64,000 nucleotides of DNA from the NCBI GenBank assembly GCA_000002435.2, contig CM018789.1, one strand, 5' to 3'. Both the position numbers and the translations under genes were made by a program. The notes beneath the pieces are model-generated. The model did no database searches. It was given only the letters and a program-made list of their open reading frames with translations, and had not been told where the DNA came from. This stretch comes from Giardia intestinalis (taxonomy: Eukaryota). Below are positions 50,245-57,088 of the stretch, one piece after another; the stretch's first letter is position 1, and the number at the start of each line of letters is the position of its first letter.

Positions 50245-52800
50245 ATGCATAGGCAGATTACCGTACTTCAGTCTTCCGTACGCGAATCAGAGACAGAGTG
50301 CGTGCCAGTTCTTAGATCCTTGTAGTTTAGTATTCCTAGGGGGTGCCTGGTTGGGGTGGGGGGCTGTGTTGGCTCCGGGAAGTCGAGCTTCCTATTGGCT
50401 ATTCTGGGAGAGGTGGCCCTTTCGACATCAAGTAGTTCGGATTCCGCTCATATACACTCGGTGGGCCGTATTGCATACTGCTCGCAGGTGCCGTCCGTGT
50501 TTACAGGGACCATACAGTTCAATATCCAGTTATTCTTACCCTATGATGAAGAGAAAATGCAGCTTGCAACTCGACTCTCCTGTCTGGATGGGGACCTTTC
50601 TGAACTACCAGGGGGGCTTGCCACACTTGTTGGCAGCCGCGGTGTGACACTGTCTGGAGGACAGAAAGCTCGATTATCAATTGCCAGGGCCATCTACTCC
50701 GACGCGGATATTTACTTGTTTGATGATCCGTTCGCCTCTCTGGACTCTCATGTTTGCAAGTCGTTATGGAGCGAGACCATCAAAGGGTATCTACTTGCAA
50801 GGGGGAAGACCGTTGTGTTGGCGACCAATCAGATGCATTACTTTCGTTCGTGCTTAAAGGTGCTATTTATAGATGCTGGCACGATCAAAGAAGTGACACC
50901 AGAGAGCGTAGATATAGACTGTTCTCCTCTGCCCGTCGCAGAAGTCCTCTCACTGACCTCTATACAGGCTGTAGAGAAACACGACTCTGACTATCAAGTG
51001 CATCGAATGGCAGCAGTGCTTAAGGAGGAGAAATGCACGGAGCTGGGATCTGTTAATTCTAAATATTACAAGCTATGGTTCAAGGCAGGCGGGACCTGGA
51101 GATTCGTCATTTATGTTGTCATGTGGGTCTTCTGTATACTTATGTTGCAACTGGCGTCGCTGCTCATCAACTTCTGGACCGAACAGCGGCTAGGGCTGAG
51201 CACAGGTGGTTGCATAGGTCTGTTCTTGTCGTTCTCCTTTGCATTTATGGTGATCCTCTTCGTTGGGCAGCTCTTCTATATGCTGTTCACACGGAAGGCG
51301 GCAGAGAAGCTGTACTACAGCATGGAAGAGGGGCTTATCAATACATCGATGTCGTTCTATGACGCACACCCCATTGGACGGATCCTTAACCGCCTGATAG
51401 CAGACACAGGTACATGTGATTTGACGGTGAAGAATGGCCTAGCAGCGACATGTGAGAACTCCATCTTTGTGCTGGGTTCATTACTGGCCACTTTGCTGAT
51501 GAGCTGGCCATCTACGTTTGTGCTAGTTCCCTTGCTGGGACTGTTCCTTTGGATGTTCATGGGATTTCGTGCTGTGTCGCCCCTCTTGCGACGCACCACC
51601 TCCCTCTTGAATAGCCATGTGTGTAACTTTATTCTAGACACATACTACAACCTGGCATCTCTTAGAGCGTATAGGTATGAAGCCCAGGCGGCAAGCTACT
51701 ACGCCAGAGCCGTCCTAGCTATGGAGGCGGCATTTTGGATGGATGTTTCCCTCTACAGATGGCTACACTTTACAACTACCCTTCTATCTATCTGTGTGTC
51801 CGCAGTAGTTACTGTGTCCACTATCATAACGTCTTCTTTTGCTAACGGAGAGATATTTTCAGGTACCGTACTCATGAATGGCTTTGATGTTGTCATGATG
51901 TTAATAGATATGTGCTTCGGGATTGTTGCAATGGATCTTTCTATGGCCAGCGTGGAGAGGGTAGCAGAGTACGCTACTCTTGAACCAGAGAGTACAAGCG
52001 CTCCGCATAGCCCAAGTAGCTTGCCGGCAGACTCTACTCTCGGGCTTATTGTGCAAGATCTTTCGCTACGCTATCAACAGCATTTGCCAGTTGTGCTTCA
52101 TGGGATCTCATTCACAGCGGCCAAGGGAGAGCGCGTTGCAATCATAGGAAAGACAGGGTCTGGCAAGTCATCCCTTGTCAATGCGATTCTCAGACTTGTC
52201 GAGCCAGAGGCGGGCTCTGAGATTCTCTTGAATGGCCTGAACCTGCTGAAGATGGGCTTACATCAGGCACGGTCTAAGGTGACGCTGATACCACAGGATC
52301 CTTTTATTTTCTCCGGGACACTGCGAGCCTATCTCTCCGGGGATAGACGGTTCTCAGATGAGGAGCTGTGGCGTGTCTTGGAGAAGACGCACTTGCGTGA
52401 ATACTTCGCAGCTCAGTCAAAGCAACTTGACTACCACCTTTTTGATAACGGCAGCAACCTTTCGCTCGGACAGCGACAGCTTCTGTGCGTAGCCCACGCG
52501 CTGCTCAGAGACACAGAAGTCATCCTATTGGACGAGGTAACAGCACACGTAGATAGTGCCGCAGAGGCGGCTATTCAGGATGCCCTGGGGGCATATAAGG
52601 AGCAAAAGATCATTATTACGATAGCCCATAGACTCCGCACTGTTTGCAACCAGGATAGGGTTATTGTTATGGCCGGTGGTCAAATAGTCGAGCAGGGTCC
52701 TCCACGCGTGCTGTTTCACAAGCCTGACAGTATCTTTGCCAATATGGTAAGGTGTTCGGTAGATTCGGAAGACCTCGTCGATTTTCTTACGTCGATGTGA
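50245..52800 (+). pseudogene. ABCC (MRP)-type ABC transporter, 5'-truncated (no TMD1) with in-frame TAG at 50323-50325; retains NBD1-TMD2-NBD2
   Basis: NBD1: ...ITV...FSIPRGCLVGVGGCVGSGKSS (Walker A), LSGGQKARLSIARAIYSDADIYLFDDPFASLD (signature and Walker B). TMD2: about 6 hydrophobic helices (WRFVIYVVMWVFCILMLQLASLLINFW...). NBD2: GKTGSGKSSL, LSLGQRQLLCVAHALL, VILLDEVTAHVD, IAHRL. Reading back in frame from 50356 gives RSL-TAG-FSIPRG, the start of NBD1 interrupted by a stop. Nothing resembling TMD1 lies upstream. PolyA signal AGTAAAT at 52814-52820. Confidence 0.65.
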
Positions 52801-52813
52801 ATTAGCATATGCT

Positions 52814-52820
52814 AGTAAAT
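52814..52820 (+). promoter_or_regulatory. Putative polyA signal AGTAAAT 14 nt after the ABC stop
   Basis: Exact AGTRAAY match. Confidence 0.35.
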
Positions 52821-52933
52821 CCACAGAGCGCTTGCGTAGACAGGTAGCAGGGCGATCGACACCCCGCAGAAACGAGTCTTTTGCGGTCAGTGACACCTAA
52901 ATTGTTGGATTGAGGCTCTGTCATAATAAAAGC

Positions 52934-53761
52934 ATGTGTGGATTGGAAAACAACATGGAGGCCAAGCAGAGGGCGAAGCGTCTCAAGGGATACATGATAC
53001 GGTATGACAAGCTTGCAAGGCAGCGCACACGACTTATGGACCACACCGAGCGTCTCGCAGACAGCCGCGTATCCGTGGACGAAGAGACACAGACTCGGGC
53101 GTCCTCGGCCGAGACATCCTTGCATGTACTATACCTGGATGGGCATGGAAACATCTGCCCCACCGTCCCGGTGCAGCCAGGGCTGCCAAGGTGGGTGTCT
53201 CTGCGCGTGAACTCCTGTGCCTCTCTTCTTCTATCGGTTCACAACATCGTAGTCAGGTCGGAGCTTGCCGCACGCTGTGAGACTAACGACGCCGCCGATC
53301 GCATTCTTACCAGAATCCAGACAAACCACGGACCTTCCGTCCAGATCCCCAACGAGTGCATCGTGCTCTGTCCCCCGCCGCCCCTCTTTCTTGAGTCCTT
53401 GCACTATCTCCTGGTGAAACTGCAGCTCTGCACGGCGCCGGTCCCAGGTGCTGACTCCCGAGTGGTCGGCGAGGTTGCGGCCCGCCCATTTACATTCAGC
53501 AGGAATATGACACATAAGGATCGTCAGTTTACACAAATATCCGACACCTACCCAATCGTCCTCGATTCGGAGGTTGTTGGAAGCCTGTGCTTGCGACTGG
53601 AAATGCTTTCGCACGACCATACAATCGAGACCACGCGTCACTTCACGGTAGACTGCTCCAGTCTTAATAGGCCCAATCAGAAAGAAAAACGAAGACTGAT
53701 AGGCGCACAGACACAGACAACTGGATATCTCACTTCGACCTTAGAGGAAAGGCGGCTGTAA
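52934..53761 (+). CDS. Hypothetical protein (~275 aa); start uncertain (52934 or 52955)
   Basis: The ORF-track start at 52910 is a TTG. In-frame ATGs at 52934 and 52955 both follow AT-rich sequence. No domain recognised. Confidence 0.45.
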   Translation: MCGLENNMEAKQRAKRLKGYMIRYDKLARQRTRLMDHTERLADSRVSVDEETQTRASSAETSLHVLYLDGHGNICPTVPVQPGLPRWVSLRVNSCASLLLSVHNIVVRSELAARCETNDAADRILTRIQTNHGPSVQIPNECIVLCPPPPLFLESLHYLLVKLQLCTAPVPGADSRVVGEVAARPFTFSRNMTHKDRQFTQISDTYPIVLDSEVVGSLCLRLEMLSHDHTIETTRHFTVDCSSLNRPNQKEKRRLIGAQTQTTGYLTSTLEERRL

Positions 53762-53788
53762 AGGCTATGACGGCAGAGCTATAACAGC

Positions 53789-54250
53789 TCAGGTGGAGCC
53801 GAACTCCGCTGTGAACTTCGCTATGCGCGACTTGTCAGCTTGGGAGACGCTCGACTTCACGGCTGCCTTGGCACGCAACAGGCTACTCACAGTGACATAG
53901 GGAACCGTCAGCTTATCGTTGGGAATATCCATAAAGTCTTTCTTCTCAGCGCCGGGCATGTCTGATGCTGAAACCTCGTACATGCCTGTGATCTTATTGA
54001 GGCGGAAGTAGGACACCTTCTGCAACACGCGCACGGGGTCCATGAGAGCTTCCTTGCACAATATGCTGAGGTCAGAGCCAGAGTAGTTCTCTGTTTGCTG
54101 TCCGAGCTCAGTGATATCCTCATCTGCTAGCACATTGGGCGTAGTGCCGATGCAATTCTTTATGATATTTGCTCTGGCAGCGGCGTCTGGGAGGACGATC
54201 TCGATGCGCTTCTCGAAGCGGCGGCGGATCTCCACCCAGGCCCCCTTGAA
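53789..54250 (-). pseudogene. VPS4-like AAA ATPase, C-terminal fragment only (no Walker A/B region present)
   Basis: From ...EIRRRFEKRIEIVLPDAAARANIIKNCIGTTPNVLADEDITELGQQTENYSGSDLSILCKEALMDPVRVLQKV...KLTVPYVTVSSLLRAKAAVKSSVSQADKSRIAKFTAEFGST to the stop, this matches the Vps4 second region of homology, small alpha domain and C-terminal helix (human VPS4 ends ...DLLKVKKFSEDFGQES). The roughly 250 aa expected upstream, including GPPGTGKS and DEID, are not found on the minus strand in any frame between 54250 and 55060. Confidence 0.6.
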
Positions 54251-54284
54251 CGGCAACTGTGCGGCCAATCCACGAGCAGCTTTC

Positions 54285-54779
54285 TGTGCAACAATCACAA
54301 GTGGGGCCTGTACACAATGCAATGAGGGTTACTTCCTCAAGGACGGCGGCTGCTATCAGACAGATAGACAGCCTGGTAAGCAGGTCTGTAGTAGTGCACA
54401 GGGAGGAACATGTCAGACGTGTGCCAACGGACTGCAGGTACAAAGTGGGGCCTGTGGGGAGTGCCACTCTACTTGTGCTACGTGCTCGACTGCAGATGAC
54501 CCTAATAAGTGTAAGACCTGTGCCACTGGGTATTACAAGACAAGCGATAATGATGGCCCGTGCATGAAGTGCTCTGAGGGGCTCGCTGGGTGCAGACAGT
54601 GCACAGCGTCATCCACCGATGCGTTCATGTGCCTCGAGATGGGCGATGGCACTGGCGACAACACCGGGGGAAGCACCAACAAGAGCAGCCTCAGCACTGG
54701 CGCCATCGCGGGGATCTCCGTCGCTGTGATTGTCGTTGTGGGGGGCCTTGTGGGCTTTCTCTGCAGGAGAGAGACGTAG
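54285..54779 (+). pseudogene. VSP (variant-specific surface protein)-like 3' fragment with divergent tail (…GGLVGFLCRRET instead of …CRGKA)
   Basis: FCATITSGACTQCNEGYFLKDGGCYQ...CQTCANGL...CGECHSTCATCS...CKTCATGYYK...CMKCSEGLAGCRQC...TNKSSLSTGAIAGISVAVIVVVGGLVGFLCRRET. The CxxC spacing and the TM segment are those of Giardia VSPs. Only about 165 aa are present where VSPs are usually >400 aa. The conserved CRGKA end is replaced by CRRET-stop. Confidence 0.6.
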
Positions 54780-55063
54780 ACTTAGATAATAAATATGTCA
54801 CATCAAGGCATCCTGTGCTCAGTGATTGTCCGACAACTGATTCCCTAAACACTGAATGGTATCTAACTGAAGGTCTCAAGAAGAGGTAAACTCACAACGG
54901 ATAACCGATAGCATCAGGAGGGGAGAACTAGGAATGCCTCTATCAAAACTGGCAGGACGAGTCCGCTGAGACAACATGGGCCGTGCCACACATTCCAAAC
55001 TATTCTGACATGTAAAAATGTGGTTTTTAATTAGTTTGTCTAATTTAAGTACTCAAGGAAGCC

Positions 55064-57088
55064 ATGAAGCACTCTAAAAGTGAGGAAGAGTTCTTATCGT
55101 GGAAGGAATTCACATCGGAGACATGTACCAAAATATATAAACTAGCTGCTGAGCACTTTTCGCGTCGGTATCTCTCCAATATGACCAGGACTGGGGATCC
55201 TCGTTTTTGGGGGAATGAAATGGAATCTATTATTTTACAAAAGCACCATAAAAACACATATGCGCTTAGCACTAATCACTGTCACGATCAACTTGCAAGA
55301 CTTTCAGATAGATTGACGCTCATGCCTGAATTTGCACGGTTTATCCTTGAGTTCATACCTGTTGCTCCATTTGATGAAGAGCTAAGAGGTCTTCGTCTTA
55401 GATGTGATGAATATACTAGACATGTCACTGACTTGCTCGCTACAGCGGAGCTAGAAGAACTCACGATTCTTTTAGGCACATGCTATCCAGTCTTTGGGAA
55501 AGACTTTTTAATGGACAGGGACGCCTTTAGCTCACAGACTCCCGACCAGCTTGAGCTATTGAAGACCAAAATGCTCGAGTACGTCACTGATACTGGTAGG
55601 TATCGTACGCTAGTCTCCAATATGCTTTTGCGGAAGGGCAGTATCTCGTGGGCTACCGTGTCTTCTAGTTGTGGAGACACGTACTATCTCCCAGGGCCTC
55701 TGTTTGGTATGGGCTTGTGTGGGATGCATGTCACGATCCAGAGTGCAACCATGGAAGACTCGCGCCTCCTTTACGATGCACTTCAACCCTTGTGTCCGGT
55801 TCTCTTGGCTCTTAGCGCATCTACTAGCGTATTGGCTGGGGTTGTTCTAGATAAGGATACGCGGACATCCTATTTGTCTGATGCCATGGACGATCGGCCA
55901 CTACATGAGCACTCTATAGGACTACCAAGACGCTATAGTGTGGCAGGAGTGTATATTGCAAATCATCCAGCAAATATCCCTCTTTTAAACGACGTATCAC
56001 CTGTTTCATCAGGGCTCAGTAGTAGATCTAGTGTCATTCAGTCTAGTGGTAATGATTCCAAAATACATGCCTACGTTCAATCTGTTATTTCACATTTTCC
56101 ATTAGTAGTTTTACGAGATTCTCTTGTCTTCCACGATGAAAGTTTTGACTCAGACTGTTGGGATCAAATACATTCGCTTTTTTGGCCGACTTGTCGTTGG
56201 AAAGTTCCCCCAATAGACTCTCTCAAAGGAAGTACGGGCTGGCGCACTGAAGTTCGTTGCATGGAGATGCAGTTCTCCATAGCAGAGAACCTTGCATACT
56301 CGGTCTTTGTGTTCCTGCTTTCAAGTGCCATTAGAGACATGGGTCTGCTATTCTACATTCCTCAGACTTTCATCTTACAGGATATGTCTTCTGCAGAAAA
56401 GCGTGACGCTGTTAATAATGAGTTGTTCTGGGTAAGAGACGTCTTCCTCGACCTACACTTCGAAAGTGTATCTGGTGCTGATCTTCAACTCGGCTCCTCA
56501 GGTATCTTTTCAGAGCAATGCAGACAAATGGCTGTAGAGATATTTTCTTCTCAAATCAGATTGGCACTGGAAAATAGACGAGCGTTTGCAACTCTAAGCT
56601 CAGCAGACGATGCTGGTACACATAGGCACACGTGGTGTCCTAAAAGCGTGTGCACGTGTTTCGAGAATAGCATTTCTGATTTTCATCTGATAAAGGTAAG
56701 TCTTAAAGAGTTTATGTGCGGGTCCGCTCGATATCCTGGGCTTCTTCCTGTACTTGCTATGTACACAGACGCATATTTTGATACTATCGCCGATCCCACA
56801 TCCCTGGATGACGTTGAATATATTCACTCTGTCATTTCATATCTTGCAGACCGTGCTGCTGGTGTTATTCCAACCTGTGCTGCAGCAGTGCGAAATCTTA
56901 TACAGAATATGCACACTCACAGAGACAATAGCTTCGCTGAAGTGTGCTCTAGTATGCTTTCAGAACCAGAGGTACAAATAGTTACCGAGTACATGCTTGG
57001 TGCTAGGCGACTATCGCTAGATGGTCTGCGAGAATACTATAGAGCCCACTCTGGTACTGTTAGTATTAGCGTTAGCACCCCCGAATGA
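55064..57088 (+). CDS. GCLC: Glutamate-cysteine ligase catalytic subunit (gamma-glutamylcysteine synthetase, eukaryotic GCS family)
   Basis: 674 aa. N-terminus FWGNEMESIIL (compare KWGDEVEYMLV in animal GCLC). Core GPLFGMGLCGMHVTIQSATMEDSRLLYDALQPLCPVLLALSASTSVLAGVVLDKDTRTSYLSDAMDDRP (compare [67 protein letters not shown]). C-terminal half RWKVPPIDSLKGSTGWRTEVRCMEMQFSIAENLAYSVFVFLLSSAI...IPQTF...AEKRDAVNNELFWVRDVF (compare [43 protein letters not shown]...IPLSKV...AQKRDAVLQGMFYFRKDI). ATG at 55064 confirmed. Confidence 0.8.
   Translation: MKHSKSEEEFLSWKEFTSETCTKIYKLAAEHFSRRYLSNMTRTGDPRFWGNEMESIILQKHHKNTYALSTNHCHDQLARLSDRLTLMPEFARFILEFIPVAPFDEELRGLRLRCDEYTRHVTDLLATAELEELTILLGTCYPVFGKDFLMDRDAFSSQTPDQLELLKTKMLEYVTDTGRYRTLVSNMLLRKGSISWATVSSSCGDTYYLPGPLFGMGLCGMHVTIQSATMEDSRLLYDALQPLCPVLLALSASTSVLAGVVLDKDTRTSYLSDAMDDRPLHEHSIGLPRRYSVAGVYIANHPANIPLLNDVSPVSSGLSSRSSVIQSSGNDSKIHAYVQSVISHFPLVVLRDSLVFHDESFDSDCWDQIHSLFWPTCRWKVPPIDSLKGSTGWRTEVRCMEMQFSIAENLAYSVFVFLLSSAIRDMGLLFYIPQTFILQDMSSAEKRDAVNNELFWVRDVFLDLHFESVSGADLQLGSSGIFSEQCRQMAVEIFSSQIRLALENRRAFATLSSADDAGTHRHTWCPKSVCTCFENSISDFHLIKVSLKEFMCGSARYPGLLPVLAMYTDAYFDTIADPTSLDDVEYIHSVISYLADRAAGVIPTCAAAVRNLIQNMHTHRDNSFAEVCSSMLSEPEVQIVTEYMLGARRLSLDGLREYYRAHSGTVSISVSTPE

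Larger units (their letters stand above)
39500..50330. other. GC-rich compositional island (~10.8 kb) with ORF-free stretches, GC3-saturated genes, a frameshifted gene and a truncated ABC gene at its right edge
   Basis: By eye, base composition shifts from ~47-50% GC in the flanks to roughly 58-68% GC inside. Codons of the 45740-46498 gene end almost exclusively in G/C. Both strands show the overlapping spurious ORFs typical of high-GC DNA. Confidence 0.55.

Noticed and set aside
54111-54280. 5' part of the 54111-54779 ORF as genuine N-terminus of the VSP-like protein
   Set aside because: This part is the antisense of the well-conserved VPS4 C-terminal coding sequence and has no VSP character. 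VSP-like sequence begins only around 54285.
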